From an uncultured Candidatus Saccharibacteria bacterium (GTDB lineage: Bacteria; Patescibacteriota; Minisyncoccia; Phycocordibacterales; UBA9973), in NCBI GenBank assembly GCA_964610995.1, contig CAZSWF010000001.1, positions 2,813-66,812 of the forward strand: DNA of 64,000 nucleotides, read 5' to 3'. Made by a program: the position numbers and the translations under genes. Positions 12,379 through 22,509 of the stretch are shown here, in pieces. The number at the start of each line of letters is the position of its first letter. Position 1 is the first letter of the stretch. The notes beneath the pieces were generated by a model that saw only the letters and a program-made list of their open reading frames with translations, had not been told where the DNA came from and ran no database searches.

Positions 12379-13260
12379 ATGGACAAAGAAGCCCTCACAG
12401 CGCGTATTGCCGAGATAGAAGCTGCTATGATGGACGGCGCATTTTGGAATGACGTACCCCAGGCGCAAGCCCAGATCAAAGAGCTCCAAGACCTCAAAGA
12501 CAAGATGGAAGGCGTCGGCACATATGACAAAGGCAACGCTATTGTCACTATTTTCTCTGGTGCGGGAGGAGACGATGCCGAAGACTTCTCAGGTATGCTG
12601 CTGCGCATGTATACGCGATACGCTGAGCGCAAAGGCTGGGGCGTGTCGGTTATCTATAGTAGCGACAACGATCACGGTGGCTATCGCAACGTGAGTTTCG
12701 AGATCGCGGGCAAAGGCGCATTTGGCACGCTCAAGAACGAGTCGGGTGTGCATCGACTGGTGCGCATCTCACCATTTAACAGCGCCGCAAAACGCCAGAC
12801 ATCTTTTTCACTTGTCGAAGTCATCCCCAAGCTCGACAAGACAGATACACATGTGGTGATCCCTGACACTGATCTAGAAATATCATTTGCGCGTGCCGGT
12901 GGACCCGGCGGACAAAATGTAAACAAACGAGAAACTGCGGTACGCATGGTACACATACCTACGGGTCTCTCGGTGCATGTGACGAGTGAGCGCAGCCAAG
13001 AACAAAACAGAGACAAGGCACTCGAGCTCCTCAAAGGCAAACTATACAAACGCCAAGAAGAAGAACGTATAGCAAAAGAAAAAGGTCTGTATATATCCAA
13101 GACCACCGATATCGAGTGGGGCAACCAGATACGCTCCTACGTACTACATCCGTACAAAATGGTAAAAGATCATCGCACCGCTGTAGAGACGGGGAATGTA
13201 GACAAGGTGCTCGAAGATGGAAACCTCGATGACTTTATAGAAGCTGAGCGAAATTTGTAG
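12379..13260 (+). CDS. prfB: Peptide chain release factor 2 (shortened domain 1)
   Basis: SPF tripeptide (RISPF), GGQ (GGPGGQ), [13 protein letters not shown]. Confidence 0.93.
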   Translation: MDKEALTARIAEIEAAMMDGAFWNDVPQAQAQIKELQDLKDKMEGVGTYDKGNAIVTIFSGAGGDDAEDFSGMLLRMYTRYAERKGWGVSVIYSSDNDHGGYRNVSFEIAGKGAFGTLKNESGVHRLVRISPFNSAAKRQTSFSLVEVIPKLDKTDTHVVIPDTDLEISFARAGGPGGQNVNKRETAVRMVHIPTGLSVHVTSERSQEQNRDKALELLKGKLYKRQEEERIAKEKGLYISKTTDIEWGNQIRSYVLHPYKMVKDHRTAVETGNVDKVLEDGNLDDFIEAERNL

Positions 13261-13290
13261 CTTTTGTAGCTATGGTATACTACATACCTC

Positions 13291-13971
13291 ATGATCAAGT
13301 TTGTAAACGTATCCAAAGTGTATCCCAACGGTGCAGTCGCGCTCGAAAATGTTAATTTGGAAATCGAGACAGGGGAGTTCGTCACACTCATCGGTCCCTC
13401 TGGTGCAGGCAAGACTACACTCACCAAATTGATTCTTGCCGAAGAAGAACCAAGCGAAGGCACAGTTTTGTTTGAAAATATTGATATCAACGCATTCAAT
13501 CGTGCAGACACTACCAAGCTACGTCGTCGTGTTGGGACCGTGTTTCAAGAGTTTCGTTTGCTCGGGAGCAAGACCGCGTACGAAAACATTGCATTTGCAA
13601 TGGAAGCCGCAGGCAAAAGTGATGCAGAGATCACCTCAGATGTGCCGCATGTGCTGCAGCTCGTCGATCTCCAAGACCGTATGTTCCATTTCCCCAACCA
13701 GCTCTCAGGAGGTGAGAAGCAGCGTCTTGCGATTGCGCGTGCGATCATCAACCAACCTGAAGTCTTGATTGCAGATGAGCCGACGGGTAACCTCGACGAA
13801 GCCAACACCAAAGAAGTCGTTCATATTTTGAAAAAAATCAATGATCTCGGCACAACAGTGATCCTCACTACACATGACCCGCTCCTCATCCATGCGGTTG
13901 GCAAACGACTCATTAGTATGGAAAAAGGTCGTGTGGTCGGCGACGAGATACGTAAACTCAAAGACAAATAA
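13291..13971 (+). CDS. ftsE: Cell division ATP-binding protein FtsE
   Basis: [25 protein letters not shown]; adjacent to ftsX. Confidence 0.92.
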   Translation: MIKFVNVSKVYPNGAVALENVNLEIETGEFVTLIGPSGAGKTTLTKLILAEEEPSEGTVLFENIDINAFNRADTTKLRRRVGTVFQEFRLLGSKTAYENIAFAMEAAGKSDAEITSDVPHVLQLVDLQDRMFHFPNQLSGGEKQRLAIARAIINQPEVLIADEPTGNLDEANTKEVVHILKKINDLGTTVILTTHDPLLIHAVGKRLISMEKGRVVGDEIRKLKDK

Positions 13972-13985
13972 GGTATACTACAGAT

Positions 13986-14909
13986 ATGTTTTGGATCAGA
14001 CTACAACGAGTACTGCGCAGTGGATGGATCAATTTCCGTCGCAATGGGCTCGTATCGTACGCAGCTATTTTGGTGACGACTATCACGCTTTCGGTTGCAA
14101 CCGGTATATTTCTTGCACAGGCAGTACTTGATAGTGCCATTACACAAGTCCAAGAAAAAGTAGACATCGCAGTGTATTTCAAGGTAGATGCTTCAGAAGA
14201 TAGTATTTTGGCGCTTCAGGAGACATTGCAAACACTGCCAGAAGTCTCTACTACTGCCTATATTTCTGCAGATGACCAGGTGCTCAACTTCCGCGAGCGT
14301 CATGCTGACGACTATCTCACACTTCAGGCACTCGAAGAATTGGGAGAAAATCCATTCGGAGGATCGCTCTTGATCAAGGCAAAAGATTCGACACAGTATG
14401 AATCTATCGCGCGTGTTCTCGAAGGCGATAGCGATATTGCACGAGACAATGCAGTGATCATCGAGCGTATCAACTATTCGCAAAACAAACTTGTCATCGA
14501 TCGACTCAACATGCTCATCGCCAACATCAACGATATTGGATTTGCGGTCACCTTTGTCCTCGGCCTCATCTCTATCGTGATCGTGTACACGACGGTGCGT
14601 CTCACTATCTATATCGCCAAAGAAGAAATAGGTATCATGCGTCTCGTGGGTGCGAGTACTGCATACGTACGCGCACCATTTATGGTAGGGGGGCTGTTGT
14701 ACGGCTTCTTTGCCTTCTTGATCTCGGTCGCTCTATTTTTACCGCTGACATATTTTGCTGGGCGACACGCTACCGACATTCTCGGTTTCAACATCTACAC
14801 ATACTACCTCACTCACTTCTTTTCTATCGGGGGCGTGGTGCTCCTCATCGGCCTTTTCCTTGGAGCTGTCTCGAGCTATCTGGCAGTACGACGATACTTG
14901 GACGTCTAG
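13986..14909 (+). CDS. ftsX: Cell division permease FtsX
   Basis: Four TM helices with a large extracellular loop; EIGIMRLVGAS..YVRAPF motif. Confidence 0.92.
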   Translation: MFWIRLQRVLRSGWINFRRNGLVSYAAILVTTITLSVATGIFLAQAVLDSAITQVQEKVDIAVYFKVDASEDSILALQETLQTLPEVSTTAYISADDQVLNFRERHADDYLTLQALEELGENPFGGSLLIKAKDSTQYESIARVLEGDSDIARDNAVIIERINYSQNKLVIDRLNMLIANINDIGFAVTFVLGLISIVIVYTTVRLTIYIAKEEIGIMRLVGASTAYVRAPFMVGGLLYGFFAFLISVALFLPLTYFAGRHATDILGFNIYTYYLTHFFSIGGVVLLIGLFLGAVSSYLAVRRYLDV

Positions 14910-14923
14910 CCTACGGTGCTCTG

Positions 14924-14957
14924 CTCGGGTTGAAAAATCCGAGTTTTTACGTATAAT
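14924..14957 (+). terminator. ftsEX terminator overlapping the tRNA-Gln promoter
   Basis: Hairpin CTCGGGTT-GAAA-AATCCGAG + TTTTT; TTGAAA (14930) and TATAAT (14952) overlap it. Confidence 0.6.
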
Positions 14958-14969
14958 GAGCGGACAAAT

Positions 14970-15040
14970 TGCGGAATCGTCTAATGGTAGGACGCATCCC
15001 TCTGGAGGATGTTATCTTGGTTCGAGTCCAGGTTCCGCAG
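14970..15040 (+). tRNA. tRNA-Gln (CTG)
   Basis: TGCGGAA...TTCCGCA-G, U1-A72 pair, loop CTCTGGA. Confidence 0.93.
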
Positions 15041-15180
15041 CAAAGTTGACGTATTGCTATCCCCATTTCTAATAAAAATACGGCTCGTCATATCGTGATA
15101 TAGTACAAGTACATAGTACGTGGATGGATCGCACCGGATGCTATGCATTAACATATTTATTTTGTATTTTTGAAACCATT

Positions 15181-15483
15181 ATGAAAAAAATCTTAGCAAC
15201 AGGGGCAATGCTCGCATACATCACGTGGTTCAACTCCACAGGTGCACTGGCGGCGACCATGCCCGAGATAGCAGCCAGTGAAGTACAAGGTCCCAAGCAT
15301 CACCAGAGTATGCGCCACACCAAGCGCGCACAAGACAAGCTCGTGCGCTTGGCAGAGAAGTTTGACATTGATTATGCCGAACTCGAGCGCGATCTCCAGA
15401 GCAACAAATCGATCAAAGAAATATTGAAGAAACATGGTATTACCAAGGCCCAGTTTCGAGAAGTGATGGGCAAGCGCCGCTAA
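15181..15483 (+). CDS. Hypothetical secreted protein
   Basis: MKKILATGAMLAY...ALA signal peptide; basic helical C-terminus. Confidence 0.65.
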   Translation: MKKILATGAMLAYITWFNSTGALAATMPEIAASEVQGPKHHQSMRHTKRAQDKLVRLAEKFDIDYAELERDLQSNKSIKEILKKHGITKAQFREVMGKRR

Positions 15484-15502
15484 GGCGGTGTATACTGTAC
15501 CT

Positions 15503-15748
15503 ATGACTACACTCGCGCACGCAGACATGTTCTTCTTTATTTCGACGATTTGCTTTGTACTTCTGACCATCTGTGGGGTCGTGATACTCGTCTATGTGAT
15601 CGGTATCGTACGTAGTATCAAGAAAGCATCGGATACTATCAGTAGTAGCCTGGCAGATGTCAGTGCCGACACTCAAGCGTTCATTCGCGACATCCGTGAG
15701 AGTATGGTGTACCGTATGTTCTTTGGGAGCCCACGCAAACGAAAATAA
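15503..15748 (+). CDS. Small membrane protein (YtxG/DUF948-like)
   Basis: N-terminal TM helix followed by a coiled region; TATACT 6 nt before the ATG. Confidence 0.6.
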   Translation: MTTLAHADMFFFISTICFVLLTICGVVILVYVIGIVRSIKKASDTISSSLADVSADTQAFIRDIRESMVYRMFFGSPRKRK

Positions 15749-15796
15749 ATCGAAATAGGGTATACTAGAGCATTAGCAGCACAATACAGAACCGTT

Positions 15797-16189
15797 ATGA
15801 AAAAGAATACAACAGCAGACATGTCAAAAGGAAAGATCGTGGCTATTGGTGCCAGTGTGGCAGCACTCGCAGCAGCGTCGTACTATTTCTTTGGTCCCAA
15901 TGGGAAAAAGAATCGAACCGCCGCAAAAGGATGGATGATCAAAATGAAGGGTGAGATCGTAGACAAAATGGAAGACGCCAAAGAAGTCACCCAAGACGTC
16001 TATAATGCAATCGTAGACAAGGTAGCAGCTGGCTATGCCAAGAACGCCAAGGCGCACCCAGAGCTTGCACTCTATGTAGAGACACTCAAAAAGCAGTGGA
16101 AGGGGATCACCAAGTCGTTTGCTCCCAAGAAAAAGTCAGTGAAAAAAGTAGCGAAAAAAGCCGCCCCCAAGAAAGCTGCAAAGAAATAG
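15797..16189 (+). CDS. YtxH-like protein with Lys/Ala-rich tail
   Basis: GASVAALAAASYYFFGPNGKKNR pattern; KKVAKKAAPKKAAKK tail. Confidence 0.6.
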   Translation: MKKNTTADMSKGKIVAIGASVAALAAASYYFFGPNGKKNRTAAKGWMIKMKGEIVDKMEDAKEVTQDVYNAIVDKVAAGYAKNAKAHPELALYVETLKKQWKGITKSFAPKKKSVKKVAKKAAPKKAAKK

Positions 16190-16250
16190 CTTGCACACCG
16201 CTGTGGGAGGGCTATACTTACTGTGTTACTAGACAAATAACACATTCACT

Positions 16251-16403
16251 ATGCTTACAACTATCGCAGTTATCTTGCTCGTATTATGGTTGCTCGGGGT
16301 ATTGGGGTTCTACGCAATCGGTGGCTTCATCCACGTACTCCTCGTAGTAGCAGTGATCATGATCTTGATCCGACTTATTCGTGGTCAAAACCCGATAAAA
16401 TAA
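16251..16403 (+). CDS. lmo0937-family (DUF5670) small membrane protein, 50 aa, absent from the ORF track
   Basis: Translation MLTTIAVILLVLWLLGVLGFYAIGGFIHVLLVVAVIMILIRLIRGQNPIK. Confidence 0.85.
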   Translation: MLTTIAVILLVLWLLGVLGFYAIGGFIHVLLVVAVIMILIRLIRGQNPIK

Positions 16404-16465
16404 CTAGAAATAGTACTCTCACAAAAAGCCCTCGAGGGCTTTTTGCTTTGTGGTACGATATGGCC

Positions 16466-17287
16466 ATGAATGCCCCAGAGAGTGCTACAGAGCGTAGCTT
16501 TGTACGGATAGTGGAAGCGTACTACAAGAAGTATGGCCGTCACGACTTGCCCTGGCGCCACACCACCGATCCATACCACATCGCAGTGTCAGAGATCATG
16601 CTCCAGCAGACACAGGTCGCTCGTGTGATAGAGAAATACACACAGTTCCTACAGACATTTCCCACCATACAGGCGCTCGCACGCGCTCCGCTCGCACAGG
16701 TGCTCGGACTGTGGAGCGGGCTCGGGTACAACCGTCGTGCCAAATATCTACACCAGATGGCGCACGCAGTCGTACAGGAGCACACAGGGCGGTTCCCAGA
16801 TACATATCAAGGTCTGCTCGCGCTTCCTGGTATCGGACCGTACACTGCCGGTGCTATATACGCATTTGCATACAACAAACCCATACCCGTCATTGAAACA
16901 AATATACGTACTGTGTATATCCACCATTTTTTTCCAAAGAAAGATAAACTTTTAGATACAGACTTGATGAAGATCATAGAAAAAACACTTGATCAGAAAA
17001 AGCCGCGAGAATGGTACTGGGCGCTCATGGACTATGGATCATATCTGAAATCCACAGGTATCAAAAACAATGCCAAGAGTAAGCACTATACCAAACAGTC
17101 CAAGTTTGAAGGATCCAAGAGACAGATCAGAGGAGCAATCATGCGCGAGCTTCTCAAAGGACCGATGACGATAGTAAAAATAGTGAAGGCTGTCGATAAA
17201 GAGCAAGGAAGTGTAGAGAAAGTATTGGATGATCTGGTGAGAGAAGGGTTTGTGGAGAAGGTGAGGGGGAAGTACGTGGTAGTATAA
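16466..17287 (+). CDS. mutY: A/G-specific adenine glycosylase MutY, lacking Fe-S cysteines and the C-terminal domain
   Basis: RHDLPWR, VSEIMLQQTQV, WSGLGYNRRA, LPGIGPYTA HhH motif. Confidence 0.88.
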   Translation: MNAPESATERSFVRIVEAYYKKYGRHDLPWRHTTDPYHIAVSEIMLQQTQVARVIEKYTQFLQTFPTIQALARAPLAQVLGLWSGLGYNRRAKYLHQMAHAVVQEHTGRFPDTYQGLLALPGIGPYTAGAIYAFAYNKPIPVIETNIRTVYIHHFFPKKDKLLDTDLMKIIEKTLDQKKPREWYWALMDYGSYLKSTGIKNNAKSKHYTKQSKFEGSKRQIRGAIMRELLKGPMTIVKIVKAVDKEQGSVEKVLDDLVREGFVEKVRGKYVVV

Positions 17288-17344
17288 GCCTGCTCCGAAT
17301 AGTAGAGGATGTTCAGAATAGTTTGGCGACGGTATAATGGTTTT

Positions 17345-17788
17345 ATGAATATCGGAATTGATTATGTAGGTATCACTACTCCATTTTATTGCCATGATGG
17401 AAAGGGTAATATTTTGATGCATAAAAGATCGAATCAGTGCAGAGACGAGCAGGGTAGATGGGATCCTGGTTCTGGTAAATTGGAGCATGACCTATCTTTA
17501 AAAGAAAATGTTCTTCAGGAGGTGTTTGAAGAATATGGTTGTAGAGGGGAGATAGAAGAACAGCTTCCTGCTCATGATATTGTTAGAGAACAAAATGGTA
17601 TAAAAACACATTGGGTTGCAGTTCCTTTTATTATCAAGATTGACCCAAATAAAGTGAAAAATGGAGAGCCTCACAAAATTGATGAAATTGGTTGGTTTAC
17701 TCTAGATAGATTACCTAAACCCTTACATACAGGATTTTCTTATACTCTTGAAAAGTACAGTGAGTATTTCAAGAAATACTTTAATTAA
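17345..17788 (+). CDS. NUDIX hydrolase
   Basis: Degenerate Nudix box GSGKLE...QEVFEEYG; EIGWF; AT-rich. Confidence 0.85.
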   Translation: MNIGIDYVGITTPFYCHDGKGNILMHKRSNQCRDEQGRWDPGSGKLEHDLSLKENVLQEVFEEYGCRGEIEEQLPAHDIVREQNGIKTHWVAVPFIIKIDPNKVKNGEPHKIDEIGWFTLDRLPKPLHTGFSYTLEKYSEYFKKYFN

Positions 17789-18928
17789 TTATTCCGCTCT
17801 CAATCTCCTTGTATACACCATCGCTCCTACCAGTAAAGCGGCGAGAACACCAAACAGGAGTCGCATGTCGCCGATCGCGAGTACAAGTGCTCCAGCGAGT
17901 GGTGCAATGATGTACGCAAGTGGGAGTGTCATACGGAGCGTACTGATGAGGGCAGTGTCGCGCTCGGTGACGTGCTTGAAAAACGCACTCTCGCCAGCTA
18001 CTTCGACGATACTTGCTCCTATACGAGTGAGAAATAGTACGAGCGCAAATACTACTGCCTTGGGTGGAAGTGGAAGTGCGAGGAGGAGTGTTGCAAGCGC
18101 AGTGATCGCAAAGCCAAGGCGCAAGAGATGTGGTTCGTTGTTGTATTTGTCAGCGATCTTGCCAGTCCAGTATTGAAATATGACAAACGGCAGTAGCATG
18201 ACCGAGAGGATAATACCGATCGTACCGAGACCAAATCCGAGACTACTGAGGTACGGCGTCATGTACAGCACCATCCATGCAAAGAAAAACTGCATAACGA
18301 AGTACAGTGTGACGATGCGTCGTGCGTACGGGTGCGCCACGAGTGCACGGAACGACTCGGTAAATGAGAGCTGTGGTACGTGGGTGTTGCCTGGGACTCG
18401 TGGTGTCGAGATGATCACTACGGTTGCTACGATCATTGCGATAGCTCCGGCTATGTAGGTACCAGCAAATCCTACTGTCCCTGCAATCAGGCTCGCTGCC
18501 ATCGGTGCGATCACCCAGCCAGCGTTGTTGAGCGTGAGGTAGAGCCCACGGATGTTGCCAGTGTTGTGCTCACGACTGTAGTGCTCGATCACGAGATCAA
18601 AGCCATACCATATGATGGTGTTGAGTGAGAAATACAGTACAAAGAGTGCGACAAATGCACTGTCGGTCGTACTGGTACCGAGGAGGCCGAGCACTACTGC
18701 CGATATCGCGAGTACTGTGATCAAGAATCTGCTCGAGCCCATGCGTCGCACGAGGTTGCCCGCACCGATCAGGAGCACAAATGCTAATGCAGACGCTACT
18801 GTGTACGCCACCGTCATGCCCTGCGCACTCGTATGTAGTGCGAGAGCGGTCGTGTTGAGATACGACAGTAGTGCGAGGTGGAGCGAAAAGAAAAATGATG
18901 CAAGAAATACTGGTCGAAGTGGGTGCAT
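17789..18928 (-). CDS. MFS transporter
   Basis: About 12 hydrophobic helices; GKIADKY loop motif. Confidence 0.85.
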   Translation of the reverse strand: MHPLRPVFLASFFFSLHLALLSYLNTTALALHTSAQGMTVAYTVASALAFVLLIGAGNLVRRMGSSRFLITVLAISAVVLGLLGTSTTDSAFVALFVLYFSLNTIIWYGFDLVIEHYSREHNTGNIRGLYLTLNNAGWVIAPMAASLIAGTVGFAGTYIAGAIAMIVATVVIISTPRVPGNTHVPQLSFTESFRALVAHPYARRIVTLYFVMQFFFAWMVLYMTPYLSSLGFGLGTIGIILSVMLLPFVIFQYWTGKIADKYNNEPHLLRLGFAITALATLLLALPLPPKAVVFALVLFLTRIGASIVEVAGESAFFKHVTERDTALISTLRMTLPLAYIIAPLAGALVLAIGDMRLLFGVLAALLVGAMVYTRRLRAE

Positions 18929-18929
18929 A

Positions 18930-20792
18930 CTAGAGTACTAGTATAACAGGGATCACGAGTGGACGCTTTGCGGTCTTTTGTAGCAAGTACTTGCTCACGG
19001 TCTCTGCGACGGTGTTTTTGAGGTTCTCGAGGTTGTTGGGGTCCATTTGTTTGGAGTATGTCTCGATGGTGCGCTTGGTGAGAATGCGAGTCTGGCGCAA
19101 GAGCTCTTGGTTTTCTTTGAGATAGACAAATCCGCGAGAGATAATGTCGGGACTCTTGCGTAGCATACCAGTCTGGCTGTTGATCACTGCCATTACCACA
19201 AACATACCGTCTTCGGCGAGCATTTGGCGGTCGCGAATGACCACGTTTTGTTCGTCACCGACTGAGAAGCCGTCGACCATCATAGGGCTCGATGGAGCCT
19301 TTTCTTTGCGCATGCCGATCTTGGTACCGCCGTGCGTGATTTCAATAATAGATCCGTTGTCTGGTACCACAATATGGTCTTCGGGCATGCCGAGTTCCAT
19401 AGCGAGCTCTTTGTGCAGTTCGAGATGGTAGTGGTTGCCGTGAATAGGGATAAAGAATTTCGCATGCATTTTGCGGTGGAGCCACTTGATGTCTTCTTTG
19501 TTGCCGTGACCAGTCGCGTGGACGAAGTCCTCACCAGGAGTACGGTATGAGATGATCTTGACACCTTGGCGAGAGAGACCGTCTTTCATCGCTTGAACTG
19601 AGCGCTCGTTTCCAGGGATGACTGACGCCGAGAGAATGATGCGGTCGCCTTTGCGCAGCACGAGTTTTTTATTCGTTTTGTTTGCTGCACGGTTGAGCGC
19701 CCCAAACTCTTCTCCTTGCGCACCAGTGATGAGCACGAGGATGCGATCTGGTGGGTACTTGTCGATGTCTTCGATAGGAATGATCGTACCTTTTTGTGGC
19801 TTGAGCAGGCCTGCTTGGATGATGACGTCGATGTTGGTCTTCATTGATCGGCCTTCTACTACGATCTTTTTCCCGAGGTCTTCGGCGATCTGTACGATCT
19901 TGATCAGACGAGTGATGTGAGAGGCGAACGCTGCAATGAGAATACGGTTGTTTTTCTCACGACGCAAGATAGCCTCGATACCTTGGTGTACCTTGATCTC
20001 GGCGAGAGAGAACCCTTCGTTTTCGATGTTGGTCGAGTCGGTCATCAGGAGCAGGTTGTTGGCGTTGTCAAACTGCGCGTATTCTTTTTCTTCACTTTCT
20101 GAGACGACGCCGTCGATCTGGTCGAGCTTGTAGTCACCAGGAGTCACGATGTCACCGTATGGTGTCTCGATGACGATACCCATAGAGTCTGGGATCGTGT
20201 GAGTCACACCCCAAAAACGAATCTTGAGTTTTCCGATCATGACTGATTGGTCTTTTTCGACAACGATTGCGTTCATCGGGGGTAAGTGCGTAAACTCCGC
20301 TTGACGTTTTTGCGTCATGAGTACGGTTAGGTTGCGAGAGTATACTGGGGGGTTACCGATACGAGAAAGTACAAGCGGTACACCTCCGATGTGATCAAGG
20401 TGACCGTGCGTGATGATGAGTGCGCGGATTTTTTCTTTGCGCTCTTCGAGGTAGCGAGTATTGGGGATCACGTAGTCGATACCAGGAGTCGATTCATTGG
20501 AGAACGACATACCTGCATCGATGACGATGATGTCATCTCCGATCTCGATAGCGGTCATGTTTTTGCCGATTTCTTCGACACCACCGAGTGGAATGACGCG
20601 AATCACTCCTTCTTCTGGTGCAGGGATATGTGCAGTCTTGCGATCAGTGGGTTCTGCCATTACATCGATCGGTCCTCCAGGGTGCGGAGGTTTGCGTCCA
20701 CGATCAAATGCTCGTCGATTTCCAAATCGCTTGGGTTTTGAAAAAGGTTTTTTGGGGGTTGTTGTTGGTTTTGGGTGTGTTGTGTGTTCCAT
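18930..20792 (-). CDS. rnj: Ribonuclease J
   Basis: PLGGVEEIGKNM, THGHLDHIGG, HATGH, PIHG. Confidence 0.95.
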   Translation of the reverse strand: MEHTTHPKPTTTPKKPFSKPKRFGNRRAFDRGRKPPHPGGPIDVMAEPTDRKTAHIPAPEEGVIRVIPLGGVEEIGKNMTAIEIGDDIIVIDAGMSFSNESTPGIDYVIPNTRYLEERKEKIRALIITHGHLDHIGGVPLVLSRIGNPPVYSRNLTVLMTQKRQAEFTHLPPMNAIVVEKDQSVMIGKLKIRFWGVTHTIPDSMGIVIETPYGDIVTPGDYKLDQIDGVVSESEEKEYAQFDNANNLLLMTDSTNIENEGFSLAEIKVHQGIEAILRREKNNRILIAAFASHITRLIKIVQIAEDLGKKIVVEGRSMKTNIDVIIQAGLLKPQKGTIIPIEDIDKYPPDRILVLITGAQGEEFGALNRAANKTNKKLVLRKGDRIILSASVIPGNERSVQAMKDGLSRQGVKIISYRTPGEDFVHATGHGNKEDIKWLHRKMHAKFFIPIHGNHYHLELHKELAMELGMPEDHIVVPDNGSIIEITHGGTKIGMRKEKAPSSPMMVDGFSVGDEQNVVIRDRQMLAEDGMFVVMAVINSQTGMLRKSPDIISRGFVYLKENQELLRQTRILTKRTIETYSKQMDPNNLENLKNTVAETVSKYLLQKTAKRPLVIPVILVL

Positions 20793-20795
20793 ATA

Positions 20796-22193
20796 TTATT
20801 TGTTGAAAATTTTCCATACGTTGTTGGTCCGTACATACCAGCGTGCGCTGGATCTGTATCGATCTCCACCAGGCTGTGCGGGTAGGTCGATAGAGACTGA
20901 CCGACGGTGGATCAATGGATCGGTCGGTACATAGAGTGGGACTGCCAAGGTATATCCTGGCGGTATATCGCGTGCGCGCAATGAATCTAAAAAGAGTGTG
21001 TATCGAGCGTTGCGTACATCATCCTGAAACAGACCACGGTTAAATGCTTGGATAGTGAGCGTACTGCCACGGGCAGCGAGCTGGTCGCGCAGTGCGTATC
21101 CTACTGCAAGCAGTGTCGGGTCGTTGAGTACCGCCATCGAAAAGTCGGGAGGCGTAGTCTCAGGAGTGTCTGTTGGAGTACCCAGAGGTATTCCGTAACC
21201 AAGCTCTATAGTATCAACGATCTGTTTTTTGTCAATCGTACCGCCAACTACACTGAGGGATGATTGCGATATATCGCTACGGGCATAGACTCCTACAGTC
21301 ATACCAGTGTCGATCGGTGTCTGCTCATAGGTAGTTACCATTGCTGCTGTCTGTGGAGTCGCTGCAAATGTCATATCGATCTCTCGCGCGTCGAGTGCAG
21401 AGAGTAGTGCTGCCTGGTTTGCGAAAAATATGATCTGGTACGTATCAATAAATGGCTTGGGGTGTACATAGTGTCTGTTGCGCTTCAGGGTGACCGACGT
21501 AGTGACCCCATCAGTCTCGGTACGGGTGCGCCACACAAATGGTCCTGATCCGACAGGGGTGAGTGTGTACGGTGAGACCTCCATAGACGTACCCGCCTGA
21601 TCCCATATGTGCATCGGTATGATACCGACAGTAGCGAGCTCTAAAAATGAAGCACGAGGAGTGGGGAGTGTGACGACTACTGTTTGCGGATCGGGGGCAG
21701 TGGCAACGACACCTCGCCAGTCTGTATCTGTCATAGCAAGTGTGTCGATGGTAAATACTACGTCACTACTAGTCAGTGGTGCACCGTCACTCCATTTGAG
21801 ATCAGGGTGGAGGGTAAAGGTGTACTCTGTGCCACTCGGAGATACGGTATACGACGCAGCGAGGTCGCCGACGATGCCATCATCACTCTCGCGCACGAGT
21901 CCACTATAGAGGAGCTGTACAAGTGCTCGATCTGTCTCGGTACTCGCAAGGAGTGGTTGTACCAGGCGTGGTGCACCGATCATGCCCTCTATAAGTGTGC
22001 CGCCACGAGCCGGCACAGTCGTTAGAAAGCTCTGGTTGATCGAGAGTATGAGTATGTATACCGATACAAGTATCGCGATACCGAGCGCATAGAGGCCGAT
22101 ACCGTACCATGAGAGTGGTCGAGCTAGCACACGACGGAGCGCGTCGCGAGGGGGGAGTTTGTGTGTAGTGAGGAATGAAAAAAAGGTCGCCAT
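20796..22193 (-). CDS. Membrane-anchored ABC substrate-binding protein (family 5, peptide-binding-like)
   Basis: N-terminal TM; LYSGLV, YTFTL...KWSDG.PLT..DVVFT, PVGSGPF. Confidence 0.85.
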   Translation of the reverse strand: MATFFSFLTTHKLPPRDALRRVLARPLSWYGIGLYALGIAILVSVYILILSINQSFLTTVPARGGTLIEGMIGAPRLVQPLLASTETDRALVQLLYSGLVRESDDGIVGDLAASYTVSPSGTEYTFTLHPDLKWSDGAPLTSSDVVFTIDTLAMTDTDWRGVVATAPDPQTVVVTLPTPRASFLELATVGIIPMHIWDQAGTSMEVSPYTLTPVGSGPFVWRTRTETDGVTTSVTLKRNRHYVHPKPFIDTYQIIFFANQAALLSALDAREIDMTFAATPQTAAMVTTYEQTPIDTGMTVGVYARSDISQSSLSVVGGTIDKKQIVDTIELGYGIPLGTPTDTPETTPPDFSMAVLNDPTLLAVGYALRDQLAARGSTLTIQAFNRGLFQDDVRNARYTLFLDSLRARDIPPGYTLAVPLYVPTDPLIHRRSVSIDLPAQPGGDRYRSSARWYVRTNNVWKIFNK

Positions 22194-22223
22194 GAAGTGA
22201 GGCTCACCCGGTACCTGTAGCAA

Positions 22224-22442
22224 CTACAGGACAATGACTGCAAGACTAGATCCTGCAAAAACAACTGCAGCACTCACTGTCAGGATAAAGAGCAGACGCT
22301 CTGCTCCGCGACGTGTCTGGAAAAATGATAGGGAATCGCCCCCAAGTGATGTGCCGCTGTCGCCTTGTGAACGTTGAAGGAGGACAAGAACGATAAGTGC
22401 GATACTTGAGATAATCTGAATGAGATGCAGTGTGTATGTCAT
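22224..22442 (-). CDS. secG: Preprotein translocase subunit SecG
   Basis: LIVLVLLQRS.G...LGG....TRRGAE..L, two TM helices. Confidence 0.9.
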   Translation of the reverse strand: MTYTLHLIQIISSIALIVLVLLQRSQGDSGTSLGGDSLSFFQTRRGAERLLFILTVSAAVVFAGSSLAVIVL

Positions 22443-22509
22443 AGGTGAAACGTGATAAGTATAGCAGAAAAGAATATAAACGCGATGCTTGACAAAGACC
22501 AATAGTATT

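Noticed and set aside
12340-12400. Programmed +1 frameshift in prfB
   Set aside because: No CTT-TGA-C site or internal SD; the upstream sequence is the GT4 coding end.
8084-15040. tRNA-anchored integrated element between tRNA-Thr and tRNA-Gln genes
   Set aside because: The contents are core genes (typA, prfB, ftsEX); no integrase or duplicated tRNA 3' end was seen.
16286-16465. N-terminal extension of MutY
   Set aside because: It overlaps the lmo0937-family gene in another frame and its terminator; a -10 box sits just before ATG 16466.
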